Shown here: piece by piece, positions 41,587 through 53,149 of the stretch
Layout of the letters: each line of letters opens with the position of its first letter
Numbering within the stretch: the stretch's first letter is position 1
Source: an uncultured cyanobacterium
GTDB lineage: Bacteria > Cyanobacteriota > Cyanobacteriia > Pseudanabaenales > Pseudanabaenaceae
Length of the DNA stretch: 64,000 nt
NCBI GenBank assembly: GCA_963703315.1
Contig: OY969811.1
Location: 320,001-384,000 of the forward strand
Direction: 5' to 3'
Translations under genes and position numbers: made by a program
The notes under the pieces: model-generated
The model's database searches: none
Told to the model about the DNA's origin: nothing
The model's input: the letters and a program-made list of their open reading frames with translations, nothing else

Positions 41587-43359
41587 ATGACCGTTAGAGA
41601 AACATTTCGCCGCACCAAAATTGTCGCTACTATTGGTCCCGCAACCAGTAGCCCTGATATGATTCGCCAGCTTATTGAAGCAGGTGCAACAACTTTTCGT
41701 CTGAACTTTTCGCATGGAACCCATGCAGATCACCATCGCAGCATCTGTAATATTCGCCAAGTATCTAGTGAACTAAATCAACCCGTTGGCATTTTACAAG
41801 ATTTACAAGGTCCAAAAATTCGCCTCGGTGTATTTAAAGATGGTCCCATTACCTTAGACAAAGGTGATAAATTTACCCTGACTAGCCGCCAAGTGGCAGG
41901 GACATCAGAAATTAGCTGCATTACTTATGAAACCCTTGCGGAAGAAGTGCCTATTGGCGCGGTCATCATGCTGGATGACGGCAAGGTAGAAATGGTCGTC
42001 GAAGATGTGAATGCAGAATTAGGCGATCTTTATTGTCGTGTGGTTATTGGTGGCACATTATCGAATAACAAAGGTGTCAATTTTCCAAATGTCCACTTAT
42101 CTGTCAGTGCCATGACTGATAAGGATCGTGAAGACTTGCGCTTTGGTTTGTCGGAAGGTGTGGATTGGGTAGCGTTGAGTTTTGTTTGTACACCTGAAGA
42201 TGTACTTGAAGTTAAAGATTTAATTGCTGCCTCAGGGCGTAAAGCTAGCGTCGTTGCCAAAATCGAGAAGCATGAAGCGATCGCCAATATGGAAGCGATT
42301 CTCTCGGTATGTGATGGCGTAATGGTGGCGCGTGGTGATTTGGGTGTAGAAATCCCTGCGGAAGATGTCCCGATCGCCCAAAAGCAATTAATTAAAACTG
42401 CTAATCGTCTTGGTATTCCCGTCATTACGGCAACCCAAATGCTCGATAGCATGGTGAATAATCCCCGTGCGACTCGCGCCGAAATTTCCGATGTAGCCAA
42501 CGCGATCATTGATGGTACTGATGCCGTCATGCTTTCTAATGAAACTGCGGTCGGTAAATATCCAATCTTGGCAGTAGAAACGATGGCAAGAATTGCCGTT
42601 CGCATCGAAAGAGAGCAGGATCTCCAAATGCAACCCCTTGAAAGTATGGGACGTGCAGTTCCTAATGCGATCAGTCAGGCGGTTGGTAGTATTGCGATGC
42701 AACTAAATGCTGCTGCGATCGTGACATTGACCAAAACAGGTTCCACCGCCCGAAACGTTAGCAAATTCCGTCCTCCAATTCCGATTTTGGCAGTTACCCC
42801 TAATGTCCAAGTCGCACGGCGCTTGCAAATGGTTTGGGGTGTACAGCCTCTAGTTCTGATTTCCTTACCATCCGCGAGACAAAACTTTGAAGCAGCACTT
42901 AACCTCGCTCAAGAAATGAAGCTATTAAGTGCAGGCGATCTCGTAGTTATGTCAGCAGGTACATTGCAAGATGTGGCAGGCTCTACAGATTTGATCAAAG
43001 TTGAATTTGTCTCATCGGTCGTTGGTAAAGGCTTAAGCATTGGTTCTGGCATGGTGCATGGTCGGGCAAGGGTTGCATTCCACCATCTTGATGTGCGCGA
43101 TTTTAATGAGGGTGAAATCTTGGTAATCGATCACACCGATGCTGACTATATCGAAGTAATTCGCAAAGCATCGGCTGTCATTACTGAAGAATCTAGCCTT
43201 GATTCCCATGCTGTTGTGATTGGGCGCAGGTTAGGCATCCCAATTCTGGTTGGGGTTAAAAATGCCACAGGTTTTATCCGTGATGGTGAACCACTGAGTG
43301 TTAACTTCAGCAAGGGCATGATCTACTCTGGTTCGCGATCGGACGATCTGACGTTTTAG
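41587..43359 (+). CDS. pyk: Pyruvate kinase with C-terminal PEP-utilising domain
   Basis: TKIVATIGP, RLNFSHG, MVARGDLG, ATQMLDSM. Confidence 0.97.
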   Translation: MTVRETFRRTKIVATIGPATSSPDMIRQLIEAGATTFRLNFSHGTHADHHRSICNIRQVSSELNQPVGILQDLQGPKIRLGVFKDGPITLDKGDKFTLTSRQVAGTSEISCITYETLAEEVPIGAVIMLDDGKVEMVVEDVNAELGDLYCRVVIGGTLSNNKGVNFPNVHLSVSAMTDKDREDLRFGLSEGVDWVALSFVCTPEDVLEVKDLIAASGRKASVVAKIEKHEAIANMEAILSVCDGVMVARGDLGVEIPAEDVPIAQKQLIKTANRLGIPVITATQMLDSMVNNPRATRAEISDVANAIIDGTDAVMLSNETAVGKYPILAVETMARIAVRIEREQDLQMQPLESMGRAVPNAISQAVGSIAMQLNAAAIVTLTKTGSTARNVSKFRPPIPILAVTPNVQVARRLQMVWGVQPLVLISLPSARQNFEAALNLAQEMKLLSAGDLVVMSAGTLQDVAGSTDLIKVEFVSSVVGKGLSIGSGMVHGRARVAFHHLDVRDFNEGEILVIDHTDADYIEVIRKASAVITEESSLDSHAVVIGRRLGIPILVGVKNATGFIRDGEPLSVNFSKGMIYSGSRSDDLTF

Positions 43360-43407
43360 TTATATTGGATAGAGTGCGTTGCTCTATCCACATTTTTTGA
43401 GTTAATC

Positions 43408-44562
43408 ATGGAAAATTTTGCTTTTTACAATCCCGTCAAAATTCTTTTCGGCAAAGGTCAAATTGCGAGTATTGCCCAAGAAATTCCTACGGGTGCAAAG
43501 GTTCTGGTCACCTATGGTGGCGGTAGCATCAAAAGCAATGGTGTATATGAGCAGGTAAAGACCGCTTTAGCAGGTCATACCTTTCTCGAATTCGGTGGCA
43601 TTGAACCCAATCCCCATCTAGAAACCTTGCTTAAGGCAGTGGAACTCATCCGTTCTGAAGGAATTGATTTCTTGTTAGCGGTAGGTGGTGGTTCTGTGCT
43701 TGATGGCACAAAATTTATTGCCGCAGCAGTTAATTTTGAGGGTGATCCTTGGGATATTTTGGCAAAACAAGCTCCTGTAAAAACAGCCCTTCCCTTGGGT
43801 ACGGTTTTAACTTTGCCTGCCACTGGTTCAGAAATGAATACCAATTCAGTGGTGACAAAATGGGAAACTCAGGAGAAATTATTTTTTGCTAGTCCCTTAG
43901 TATTTCCTAAATTCTCAGTACTCGATCCTGAAACTACTTACTCTCTACCACCGAGACAAATTGGCAATGGTATTGTCGATGCCTTTACCCATGTTGTCGA
44001 GCAGTATTTGACTTATCCTGTCAATGCACCATTACAAGACCGTTGGGCAGAGTCCATTCTCCAAACCTTGATCGAAGAAGGACCTAAAACCTTAGCTAAT
44101 CCTCATGATTATGAGTCACGGGCAAATGTGGTCTGGGCTGCAACTTTGGCACTGAATGGACTGATCGGTGCAGGTGTGCCGCAGGACTGGACAACCCACA
44201 TGATCGGACATGAGTTAACAGCACTGCATGGTCTTGATCATGCTCAAACTCTAGCGGTGGTTTTGCCAAATACTCTGACAGTAACGCGCGATCGCAAACG
44301 TGAAAAGCTCTTGCAATATGCGTCAAGGGTTTGGGGGCTAGTCGATGGTACTGAAGAATCACGTATTGATCAAGCAATTCAGAAAACCCGCGACTTTTTT
44401 GAATCCGTCGGTGTGCGTACGAAGCTCTCCGATTACGGTGTGGGCTTAGATGTAATTCCGTTAATCACCGATCGCTTTGAGAAACGTGGTTTTGTGGCTC
44501 TAGGCGAACATCAAGATGTCACGCCTAAGGTTGTGGAACAAATTTTAGCGCTTTGCGCTTAA
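43408..44562 (+). CDS. Iron-containing alcohol dehydrogenase (YqhD/Bdh-like)
   Basis: GGGSVLDGTK, TLPATGSE, DAFTH, HMIGHEL. Confidence 0.92.
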   Translation: MENFAFYNPVKILFGKGQIASIAQEIPTGAKVLVTYGGGSIKSNGVYEQVKTALAGHTFLEFGGIEPNPHLETLLKAVELIRSEGIDFLLAVGGGSVLDGTKFIAAAVNFEGDPWDILAKQAPVKTALPLGTVLTLPATGSEMNTNSVVTKWETQEKLFFASPLVFPKFSVLDPETTYSLPPRQIGNGIVDAFTHVVEQYLTYPVNAPLQDRWAESILQTLIEEGPKTLANPHDYESRANVVWAATLALNGLIGAGVPQDWTTHMIGHELTALHGLDHAQTLAVVLPNTLTVTRDRKREKLLQYASRVWGLVDGTEESRIDQAIQKTRDFFESVGVRTKLSDYGVGLDVIPLITDRFEKRGFVALGEHQDVTPKVVEQILALCA

Positions 44563-44613
44563 CTCCTAAAAGTGCTGCAAAGCAGCACTTTTATTTATTT
44601 AATGTTGACGTAT

Positions 44614-45081
44614 ATGACCCAAAAACTACTATTTGTTTGTTTAGGAAATATTTGCCGATCGCCTGCTGCGGAAAATATCATGAATCATTTGATTGCACGA
44701 GAAGGACTAACAGAGCAATTTAGCTGTGATTCCGCAGGTACAGGTGGCTGGCACGTGGGCGCACCACCTGATCGCCGTATGCGAGCCGCCGCTAAAGAAC
44801 GTGGGTTAGATTTTATTGGTTCCGCCAGACAATTTGAGGCGATCGACTTACGCGAGTTTGATTTAATTCTGGCAATGGATAAAGATAATTACCGCAATAT
44901 TCTCGCTCTTGATCCGCAAGGTAAATTTAGGGACAAAGTAAAAATGATGTGTGATTATTGCCAAACACATAGTGATAAAGAAGTTCCTGATCCTTACTAT
45001 GGTGGTGCAGATGGTTTTAACTATGTCATTGATCTACTATTCGATGCCTGTAGTGGACTTCTCAAATCCCTCAAACCTTAA
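44614..45081 (+). CDS. Low molecular weight protein-tyrosine phosphatase
   Basis: CLGNICRS, DSAGT, VPDPYY. Confidence 0.94.
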   Translation: MTQKLLFVCLGNICRSPAAENIMNHLIAREGLTEQFSCDSAGTGGWHVGAPPDRRMRAAAKERGLDFIGSARQFEAIDLREFDLILAMDKDNYRNILALDPQGKFRDKVKMMCDYCQTHSDKEVPDPYYGGADGFNYVIDLLFDACSGLLKSLKP

Positions 45082-45102
45082 ACTAAACTTCGGTACAGAG
45101 AA

Positions 45103-45999
45103 ATGACAGAAACAAAAGCATTGAAATACGCCTACTATTCTGGCTGCGTTGCCAAAGGTGCTTGCAAAGAACTTCACGCATCGACCACTGCGATCGCCCA
45201 AGCCTTAGGTATTGAATTAGTGGAATTAACTAAGGCAACCTGTTGCGGCTCAGGGACATTCAAAGAGACCGATGAGCTAATGGAAGATGTCGTCAATGCT
45301 CGTAATATTTCTCTTGCCGAAGAATTAAATCTCACTGTGATGACGCAATGTAGCACATGTCAGGGTGTACTTGGACGTGTCAATGATAAGCTCAAAAGTT
45401 CAGAAACTAGTCGCAAAGATGAAGTCAATGCCCTGCTTAATACTCAAGGTCATAATTTTCAAGGTTCGACCGAAGTATTGCATTTACTTTGGATTCTCAT
45501 TCGTGACTATGGTTTAGAAAATATTGCTGCTAAAGTCACTCGTTCTCTCGCAAATCTCAAATGTGCTTCCTTTTATGGATGTTATTTATTGCGATCGCAA
45601 ACTGTTACCCGCTTTGACGATCCTTATAAACCCGAATCCCTAGAAAATATTTTTCGTACTGTCGGCGCAACTCCTGTCTATTATGAAGGGCGTGTCCAGT
45701 GCTGTGGCTGGCCAATTTCCAGTTATGCGCCCAAAGAATCTTTCTCAATGGCAGGAAGACACCTCAGTGCCGCGATCGCCGCAGGTGCTGATTGTATCGT
45801 CACTCCATGCCCTCTCTGTCACTTAAACCTCGATTCCCGTCAGCCTGAAGTCGAGAAGGTAATTGGTCAAAAACTTGGCATTCCGATTTTGCACTTACCA
45901 CAGTTGATTGGCTTAGCGATCGGTATCGATCCTAAAGTTCTGGGCTTAGATCGCCACATCGTTTCCACAAGCTCAATTTTGCAAAAAATCACCAAGTAA
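45103..45999 (+). CDS. CCG-domain HdrB/SdhE-like iron-sulfur subunit
   Basis: Two CCG motifs, CSTC and CPLC. Confidence 0.9.
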   Translation: MTETKALKYAYYSGCVAKGACKELHASTTAIAQALGIELVELTKATCCGSGTFKETDELMEDVVNARNISLAEELNLTVMTQCSTCQGVLGRVNDKLKSSETSRKDEVNALLNTQGHNFQGSTEVLHLLWILIRDYGLENIAAKVTRSLANLKCASFYGCYLLRSQTVTRFDDPYKPESLENIFRTVGATPVYYEGRVQCCGWPISSYAPKESFSMAGRHLSAAIAAGADCIVTPCPLCHLNLDSRQPEVEKVIGQKLGIPILHLPQLIGLAIGIDPKVLGLDRHIVSTSSILQKITK

Positions 46000-46034
46000 A
46001 AAGGCGTTGCACATATTCATAATGACAATCAAAA

Positions 46035-46243
46035 TAAGTAGATAGGCATAAGTAAACTTAAAACCTAGAAGCTTGTACCGCCCGCTACGCGGGCGGTACA
46101 AGCTCTGGTTTTGGGTTTTAACTATGCTGAGCTACTTAGTCAAGCAAGTTAAGACATAAAACCCAAAAGAGAGTTGCGGCGCTTCGCGCCGCAACTCTCT
46201 TTTGGGTTTTGGGTTTGTCCTAACATAACTGACTAAAGCTATA
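46035..46243. repeat. Two adjacent MITE-like palindromic elements
   Basis: TAAGTAG...CTACTTA unit 46035-46138, then a GGCGCTTCGCGCC-centred unit ending GCTATA. Confidence 0.6.
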
Positions 46244-46334
46244 ACATTATGTGCAACGCCGCTTTCAAAAAATTGCATCAAAAATATTTGACAAACTGTA
46301 CCATCATCGTTGTAAGATATAAATCCTGAAGTCA

Positions 46335-46418
46335 GGGCGAATGGCGGAATTGGTAGACGCATCAGACTCAAAATCTGACGACAGCGATGTCATGAGAGTT
46401 CGATTCTCTCTTTGCCCA
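46335..46418 (+). tRNA. tRNA-Leu(CAA)
   Basis: Acceptor GGGCGAA/TTTGCCC, anticodon arm TCAGA-CTCAAAA-TCTGA, long variable arm. Confidence 0.96.
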
Positions 46419-46543
46419 TAACAAAAAACTCAATAAGTAACAAGTACTTCTAAGTATCAAAGTTGCTTTTCTATAGCACTTTGCAAGCAAGGTACAGAGG
46501 ATTGTTTCCCCGCCGAAGGCGGGGAAACAATCCCATACTTCAT

Positions 46544-49534
46544 TTACGAATCGTAAGCTTCTATGGGTAGGCAAGAGCAAACAAAATTGCGATCGCCAAA
46601 AGCATTATCAATGCGTCCCACACTTGCCCAGAATTTATGCTCCTTGAGCCAAGGTGCAGGATAGGCGGCTTGATGGCGGCTATAGGCGTGTGACCAATCA
46701 TCGGCTAATAAGGTTTCAGCAGTATGCGGTGCATTTTTAAGCGGATTATCCAGCTTGTCGAGATCACCAGAGGCGATCGCATTTACCTCTTGCTTAATGG
46801 CGATCATCGCATCACAGAAGCGATCGAGTTCCGCTTTCGATTCACTTTCCGTTGGCTCGATCATCATCGTTCCCGCCACTGGCCAAGAAACCGTCGGCGC
46901 ATGGAAGCCATAGTCCATCAAGCGCTTGGCAATATCATCCACCTCGATTCCTGCAATATTCTTACAATCATGGAGGTCAATAATACATTCATGGGCAACT
47001 AAGCCATTTTTGCCTGTATAGAGAATTGGATAGTGGGTTGCAAGACGTTGAGCCATATAGTTAGCATTGAGAATCGCTACTTCTGTCGCCAGTTTCAAAC
47101 CTTTCGCTCCCATCAAAGCAATATATACCCAAGAGATCGTGAGAATACTCGCACTACCCCAGGGAGCCGCCGAAATTGTATTTGGTTCTACAACTTCTGC
47201 AAAAGGATGATTTGGTAAAAATGGAACTAATTGGGGAGCGACACAAATTGGTCCCATCCCTGGTCCACCACCACCGTGAGGAATGCAAAAAGTCTTATGC
47301 AGGTTCAAATGACAGACATCCGCACCGATATCTCCCGGACGACAGAGACCGACTTGAGCATTCATATTCGCGCCATCCATATATACTTGTCCACCGTAAT
47401 AGTGAACGATATCGCAAATATCCTTAATCGATTCCTCAAATACGCCATGAGTAGAAGGATAAGTCACCATCAAGGCGGCGAGTTCATGCTGATGTTTTTC
47501 GGCTTTTGCCTTGAGGTCAGCAACATCAATATTGCCTTCGCGATCGCAATTTACAGTAACCACCTTCATCCCTGCCATGACAGCACTCGCAGGGTTTGTA
47601 CCATGCGCTGAGGTGGGAATTAGGCAAATATGGCGATTGGTTTGACCACGATGTTGATGGTAGGCGCGAATTGTGAGTAAACCTGCATATTCACCCTGAG
47701 ATCCTGCATTCGGCTGAAGTGATACACCTGCAAAACCCGTAATTTCCGCAAGCCAAGTTTCCAATTGTTGAAATAGAATTTGATAGCCTTGGGTTTGCTC
47801 CAATGGCACAAAGGGATGAATATTCCCAAATTCTGCCCATGTCACAGGAAGCATCTCAGAAGTAGCATTGAGCTTCATCGTACAGGAACCAAGGGGAATC
47901 ATCGATGTAGTCAGCGATAAATCTTTCGATTGGAGACGATAGATATAGCGTAATAATTCTGATTCGGAATGATAGGAATTGAATGTAGGATGGGTGAGGT
48001 AAGGAGAATTACGAATTAGGGAATTGGGAATTACGAATTCCTGACTCGTAATTCGTAATTCGTAATTCGTAATTTCTAATTGTTCTTCAGCAAATATAGA
48101 AATGAGATCAAGCAAATCCTGTTTAGAGACGGTTTCATCGAGACTGATGGCGATCGCATTATCTGCTAAATACCGTAGATTAATTTGTTTGGCGGCGGCT
48201 CTAGTTTTAATTTCATCGCTAGAGATTCCCTTTAGCTCAATGCGAATTGTATCGAAGAAAGCTTGATGCGTAACTGTATGACCAAGATCGGCGATCGCTT
48301 GGGCAAGGCTTGCAGTTAAAAGATTGACACGCTGAGCAATCCGTTTTAATCCTTCAGCACCGTGATAAACCGCATACATACTCGCCATAATTGCCAGCAG
48401 TACCTGAGCCGTACAAATATTGCTAGTTGCCTTATCGCGGCGAATATGTTGCTCGCGGGTTTGCAATGCGAGACGTAACGCAGGACGACCATGTACATCT
48501 TTAGAAACTCCCACTAAGCGTCCCGGCATTTGTCGTTTGTAAGCTTCCTTAGTTGCCATGTAAGCAGCGTGAGGACCACCATAACCAAAGGGAACGCCAA
48601 ATCTCTGGGCGCTACCGATTGCAATATCTGCACCCAATTCCGCAGGAGATTTAATCAATGTGAGTGCTAATAAATCAGCAGCAACGATCGCTAAACCACC
48701 CTGAGCATGAATTTGCGAAATAACCTCTGTGTAGTCATAGATTGCGCCATCGCTAGCAGGATATTGCAATAAAGCGCCAAAGTAATTCTTATCAAATACC
48801 ACTTGATCATGCTTGGCAATCACTACTTCAATCCCCAAGGGAATTGCACGGGTTTTGACAACAGCGATCGTTTGGGGATGACAATCGCTGGATACAAAGA
48901 ACTTATTCCCCTTATTCTTAGCGATTCCCGCCGCCATTGTCATCGCTTCCGCCGCCGCCGTTCCTTCATCTAAAAGGGAAGCATTAGCAATCTCTAAACC
49001 TGTCAAATCGATAATCATAGTTTGGAAATTGAGCAGAGCCTCCAAACGACCTTGAGCAATTTCGGCTTGATAAGGTGTGTACTGCGTATACCACCCCGGA
49101 TTTTCTAAAATATTGCGTTGAATAATCGGTGGTGTGATGCAGTTGTAATAGCCTGTACCGATATACGATCGCCAAACTTGGTTTTTCGAGGCGATCGCCT
49201 TTAATTCTTGTAACAGTTCATATTCCCCGCGTGCTTCCCCTAGTTGCAATGGCTGCTTAATTCTGATCGCCGCAGGCACGGTCTTATCAATCATTTCATC
49301 AAGAGAGTCGCAGCCGATCGCCATTAACATCTGCTGAATTTCTGAAGAGCTTGCACCGATATGACGACGAACAAAGCTATCGGTTGGTGCAAACGCATCG
49401 TCACTGAGGCAATCTGCTAGATAGTCATCATGTTCGGTATTAGTTGAAAAGACTGGAACCCCCAATTCTTTTATTTCTGTGGTTTCTGTAATCGAAGAAT
49501 CTTGGGTTGTCACGGTAAGCGAAGGTTCCAACAT
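46544..49534 (-). CDS. gcvP: Glycine dehydrogenase (decarboxylating)
   Basis: [40 protein letters not shown] 49534 preferred because 49576 lies in a MITE. Confidence 0.97.
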   Translation of the reverse strand: MLEPSLTVTTQDSSITETTEIKELGVPVFSTNTEHDDYLADCLSDDAFAPTDSFVRRHIGASSSEIQQMLMAIGCDSLDEMIDKTVPAAIRIKQPLQLGEARGEYELLQELKAIASKNQVWRSYIGTGYYNCITPPIIQRNILENPGWYTQYTPYQAEIAQGRLEALLNFQTMIIDLTGLEIANASLLDEGTAAAEAMTMAAGIAKNKGNKFFVSSDCHPQTIAVVKTRAIPLGIEVVIAKHDQVVFDKNYFGALLQYPASDGAIYDYTEVISQIHAQGGLAIVAADLLALTLIKSPAELGADIAIGSAQRFGVPFGYGGPHAAYMATKEAYKRQMPGRLVGVSKDVHGRPALRLALQTREQHIRRDKATSNICTAQVLLAIMASMYAVYHGAEGLKRIAQRVNLLTASLAQAIADLGHTVTHQAFFDTIRIELKGISSDEIKTRAAAKQINLRYLADNAIAISLDETVSKQDLLDLISIFAEEQLEITNYELRITSQEFVIPNSLIRNSPYLTHPTFNSYHSESELLRYIYRLQSKDLSLTTSMIPLGSCTMKLNATSEMLPVTWAEFGNIHPFVPLEQTQGYQILFQQLETWLAEITGFAGVSLQPNAGSQGEYAGLLTIRAYHQHRGQTNRHICLIPTSAHGTNPASAVMAGMKVVTVNCDREGNIDVADLKAKAEKHQHELAALMVTYPSTHGVFEESIKDICDIVHYYGGQVYMDGANMNAQVGLCRPGDIGADVCHLNLHKTFCIPHGGGGPGMGPICVAPQLVPFLPNHPFAEVVEPNTISAAPWGSASILTISWVYIALMGAKGLKLATEVAILNANYMAQRLATHYPILYTGKNGLVAHECIIDLHDCKNIAGIEVDDIAKRLMDYGFHAPTVSWPVAGTMMIEPTESESKAELDRFCDAMIAIKQEVNAIASGDLDKLDNPLKNAPHTAETLLADDWSHAYSRHQAAYPAPWLKEHKFWASVGRIDNAFGDRNFVCSCLPIEAYDS
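48006..48080. repeat. STRR-like heptamer tandem repeats inside gcvP
   Basis: GAATTAC-type units followed by inverted TCGTAAT x4. Confidence 0.8.
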
Positions 49535-49555
49535 AGATTTTGTAACTTGTGTATA

Positions 49556-49785
49556 TATAGCTGTCGCCATTTGCATTAGGACAAATCAAAAACTCAGAAG
49601 TGAGTGGCGGCACTTCGCGCCGCCACTCACTTCTAGTTTTGTATCTTGCATCTATGCTATTACAAAATTATTACAAAGTGTTAAGTAGCTGGACATAATT
49701 AAAAACCAGAGCAACAACCTGTGGCACACGCTGCGCGTGCGCCACAGGTTGTTGGGTTTTATATTTAATTGCGCCCAGCTACTTA
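49556..49785. repeat. Two MITE-like elements, same families and order as 12110-12398
   Basis: TATAGCTGTCGCCATTTG unit, then TAAGTAGCTGGACATAA...GCCCAGCTACTTA unit. Confidence 0.7.
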
Positions 49786-49893
49786 CGCATATCTAAAAAA
49801 GGAGCGACAACACAAAGCTATCTTTTTAAGTTTGACGATCTGATGATGAGCCTAATAGCAATATTATTCATCGAAAATAATCTTGCTTAAAAC

Positions 49894-49913
49894 TTTGTAA
49901 AGTTTAGTACAAT
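49894..49913. promoter_or_regulatory. Putative HLR1 (RpaB) site overlapping -10 TACAAT of ndhD
   Basis: Reverse strand TGTACTAA-AC-TTTACAAA; second half-site is a perfect KTTACAWW. Confidence 0.45.
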
Positions 49914-49952
49914 GCTTAATATTCCTCTTGGTAAGTATTTAGACTTATTGAC

Positions 49953-51665
49953 ATGACACTAGACCAATTCCCTTGGCTTACCGCGATCGTCCTGCTGCCC
50001 CTCGTAGCTTCGTTACTAATCCCCATATTGCCAGACAAAGAAGGCAAAACTGTGCGTTGGTATGCATTAGGTGTAGGCATCGCTGATTTTATTTTGATGT
50101 GCTATGCCTTTTGGAAGAACTACGATCCGAGCAGTGCAACGTTTCAACTCACGGAAAAGTACAATTGGATACCCCAACTAGGTCTGAGTTGGTCGGTTTC
50201 AGTTGATGGAATATCTGCTCCTTTAGTGATATTGGCAGGACTAGTAACTACGCTGTCAATATTTGCCGCATGGCAAGTCAATATTAAACCCCGCTTATTT
50301 TATTTTCTACTGTTAATCCTTTACTCCGCTCAGATTGGTGTATTTGTTGCCCAAGATCTGCTGATGTTCTTCATCATGTGGGAAGTGGAATTAATTCCTG
50401 TATATCTGCTCGTTTCGATTTGGGGTGGTCAAAAACGTCAATATGCTGCGACTAAGTTTTTGCTTTATACCGCCGCCGCTTCAATTTTTATTCTGGTAGC
50501 AGGGCTAGCGATGGCTCTCTATGGCAATAACCTTACCTTTGACATTGCGGAGCTAGCACTTAAGGAGTTTCCCCTTGCCTTAGAGCTTCCACTATATGCA
50601 GGTTTGTTAATTGCTTTTGGGGTGAAACTAGCTATTTTCCCATTACATACTTGGTTGCCTGATGCTCACGGTGAAGCATCTTCCCCTGTATCAATGATCT
50701 TGGCAGGTGTCTTGTTAAAAATGGGTGGTTATGGCTTAATTCGTCTAAATATGGGATTACTTGACCAAGCTCATGTTTATTTTGCGCCGATTCTGGCTAC
50801 GTTAGGGGTGATCAATATTGTCTATGGTGCAGTAAATTCTTTTGCTCAAACCAACATGAAGCGCCGCCTTGCTTTCTCATCGGTCTCACACATGGGATTT
50901 GTGTTGATCGGGCTAGCATCCTTTACCGATTTGGGTATTAGCGGGGCAATGCTGCAAATGATTTCACACGGGTTGATTGCTTCAGTGTTGTTCTTCCTTG
51001 CTGGTGTTACTTACGATCGCACCCATACGATGTTATTGAACGAGATGGGTTATATCGGAAAAGTCATGCCAAAGGTGTTTGCTCTGTTCACTGTGGGCGC
51101 ATTAGCATCGCTCGCCTTGCCCGGAATGAGTGGTTTTGCTAGTGAAATCTCGATCTTTATGGGTATCACTACTAGCGATGTTTATAGTTCGACTTTCCGT
51201 ACTGTGACGGTTTTCCTAGCTGCTATTGGGGTCATTCTCACGCCGATTTATCTACTTTCCATGTTGCGTCAGATTTTCTACGCCTGTGAGGGCAATCCTG
51301 TTTGTGACATTAATCCTTCCTGCGATTTGTCTGACATTACCCTTAAGTCTCAAGGTAATCAGGATGTGGTTTGTTTTGGTACAAGCTGTGCTTTACCGAT
51401 TGACTCTGATTTTAGTGATGCCCAGCCTCGCGAAATTTTTATCGCCCTCTGTTTTATCGTTCCCATCATTGCGATCGGTGCTTATCCTAAACTTGCCACC
51501 AATTTTTATGATGCGACGACAGTGGCAATTAATTCGCAAATGCGTCTTGCCCATGAACAGGTTGCTTTGACTAAGAATGCTGGAGCGGAAATAGTTGCTC
51601 AGCAATCTGCTTTTCCTGTACTTTCTGAGGCTACTCCCTTGTCAACCAAAAAACACGCATTGTGA
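49953..51665 (+). CDS. ndhD: NAD(P)H-quinone oxidoreductase subunit 4 (NdhD2-like)
   Basis: [41 protein letters not shown] insertion. Confidence 0.93.
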   Translation: MTLDQFPWLTAIVLLPLVASLLIPILPDKEGKTVRWYALGVGIADFILMCYAFWKNYDPSSATFQLTEKYNWIPQLGLSWSVSVDGISAPLVILAGLVTTLSIFAAWQVNIKPRLFYFLLLILYSAQIGVFVAQDLLMFFIMWEVELIPVYLLVSIWGGQKRQYAATKFLLYTAAASIFILVAGLAMALYGNNLTFDIAELALKEFPLALELPLYAGLLIAFGVKLAIFPLHTWLPDAHGEASSPVSMILAGVLLKMGGYGLIRLNMGLLDQAHVYFAPILATLGVINIVYGAVNSFAQTNMKRRLAFSSVSHMGFVLIGLASFTDLGISGAMLQMISHGLIASVLFFLAGVTYDRTHTMLLNEMGYIGKVMPKVFALFTVGALASLALPGMSGFASEISIFMGITTSDVYSSTFRTVTVFLAAIGVILTPIYLLSMLRQIFYACEGNPVCDINPSCDLSDITLKSQGNQDVVCFGTSCALPIDSDFSDAQPREIFIALCFIVPIIAIGAYPKLATNFYDATTVAINSQMRLAHEQVALTKNAGAEIVAQQSAFPVLSEATPLSTKKHAL

Positions 51666-51835
51666 ATTGAATAATTAGGCGTGCGCGACTTCGCCGCGCA
51701 CGCCTAATTATTCATGGAGTAAAGCAAATTTGGTTTTAGCGATTAATACCAATTCACGAAAGTGTGACCACACTTTTGTGAATTAAAAACCAAACCTAGT
51801 AAGGGTTCTCAAAACTAAAAATGGCGTAGCCATTT

Positions 51836-52996
51836 TTAGTTTTGGTATAAATAAAGGTCGGCAAGTCTTTGGGCTGCTTGAGCTTGCTGATTTGCCAAAC
51901 TTTTAGGAGCAAGAACGATCGCATTATCCATAAAGCGATTGACCCAGCGACTAAATTCACTTAGCGATCGCTCTGGTAGCGAAATACTGTAATCGATATA
52001 ATCAGGCTTCCCTCTTCGATCAATCAATTGAGAAATATGTCTTTTTTCTCCCTCTTCGATAAAGGCAATTACAGGTGCGAAAAAACGTATCTTAACTTGA
52101 ATATATTCTAGAGTTCCTGCAAGCTCTCTAACTTGGTCAGATGGTTCACCGAGAAACAAACCCCAACCTTTTTTAAACAGATTCATTGCCACAGTTAAAC
52201 TTGTTTTTTGGAGATCCGTTCCTCTAGGCTGATTAACGAATTGGATCTGGTCAGTGAAGCGATCGATCCGTTCGATTTCTAAATGACCATTATCGACGTA
52301 CTCATAGAGCAAATACCAAGCAATATCGTGATAAATCAATTGCAATGGGAAGACTTGTAAATATCCGATTTTATGGCTATAGGGATCGGTATAACGATAG
52401 ATGGTGATTGCTTGCCCGATCGCGATCGCTTCTTCAACTTGATCTAAACAATGATAAAGGTTGTAGCGATTTTTCTTGATATCTAGCATTTCATCAAGGT
52501 CAGTGTAGATAATCGCTCGATCTATTTGCGATCGCACGGGATAGAGATAGTCTGTGGATTCTAATATTTGTTTGCCGCGCAGTTTCTTTTCGAGTTCTTG
52601 GTAAATACGGATCGCTTGTGGCGATCGCTGATATTTTGCCATAGATGCTAGGGCGTTGAGCGCTACTTGCAAGTCTTTAAATGACATCACTCCTGTTCCT
52701 AAGAAGTAGCCCCAACGATAAATTCGCTTTTCTAAAAGACCATATTTACGGAGTGTAACTAAGTCTTTGCGAAGGGTGGGAATGGAATATTTAGTTAAGG
52801 AAATATTGTATTGTTGGGCAACTTCATAAACTTTTGCTTGAACGGCTTCTAGGGATTCATGGGCAGATTGGGAGTTATTGCCGATGCGATCTGGGCAGCC
52901 GATGCCAGGGTAATGAATGAAAGTGGCGATGAGGAGAAGGAGTCGCTCAAAGGCTTGGCGATCGCTGTAGGGATGTAAGTTACTAGTCTTCGGCAT
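51836..52996 (-). CDS. WYL-domain transcriptional regulator, divergent from the cas operon
   Basis: N-terminal wHTH (TLRKDL); PLQLIYHDIAWYLL; ERIDR. Confidence 0.9.
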   Translation of the reverse strand: MPKTSNLHPYSDRQAFERLLLLIATFIHYPGIGCPDRIGNNSQSAHESLEAVQAKVYEVAQQYNISLTKYSIPTLRKDLVTLRKYGLLEKRIYRWGYFLGTGVMSFKDLQVALNALASMAKYQRSPQAIRIYQELEKKLRGKQILESTDYLYPVRSQIDRAIIYTDLDEMLDIKKNRYNLYHCLDQVEEAIAIGQAITIYRYTDPYSHKIGYLQVFPLQLIYHDIAWYLLYEYVDNGHLEIERIDRFTDQIQFVNQPRGTDLQKTSLTVAMNLFKKGWGLFLGEPSDQVRELAGTLEYIQVKIRFFAPVIAFIEEGEKRHISQLIDRRGKPDYIDYSISLPERSLSEFSRWVNRFMDNAIVLAPKSLANQQAQAAQRLADLYLYQN

Positions 52997-53149
52997 AGTG
53001 ATATGTCAAGTAAATGACAATATTTATTAAAAATTATAATTAGCCGTGAATTTATTTTTATTAATATATTTTGAGCCATATATATAAATTGCAAAAATAT
53101 TCTCATAAACTGGCTATAGTGATAAATATCTGATAAATTGCTTTTATAA

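Noticed and set aside
42030..42702. Long antisense ORFs over pyk and similar ones over alaS, gcvP and the cas genes
   Set aside because: Shadow frames of conserved genes with no recognisable motifs.
46132..46580. Two short minus-strand ORFs
   Set aside because: Antisense to tRNA-Leu and built from MITE sequence.
49535..49576. N-terminal extension of gcvP (similarly 36756 for GNAT and 7501 for the hypothetical gene)
   Set aside because: The extensions derive from inserted repeats; downstream ATGs fit better.
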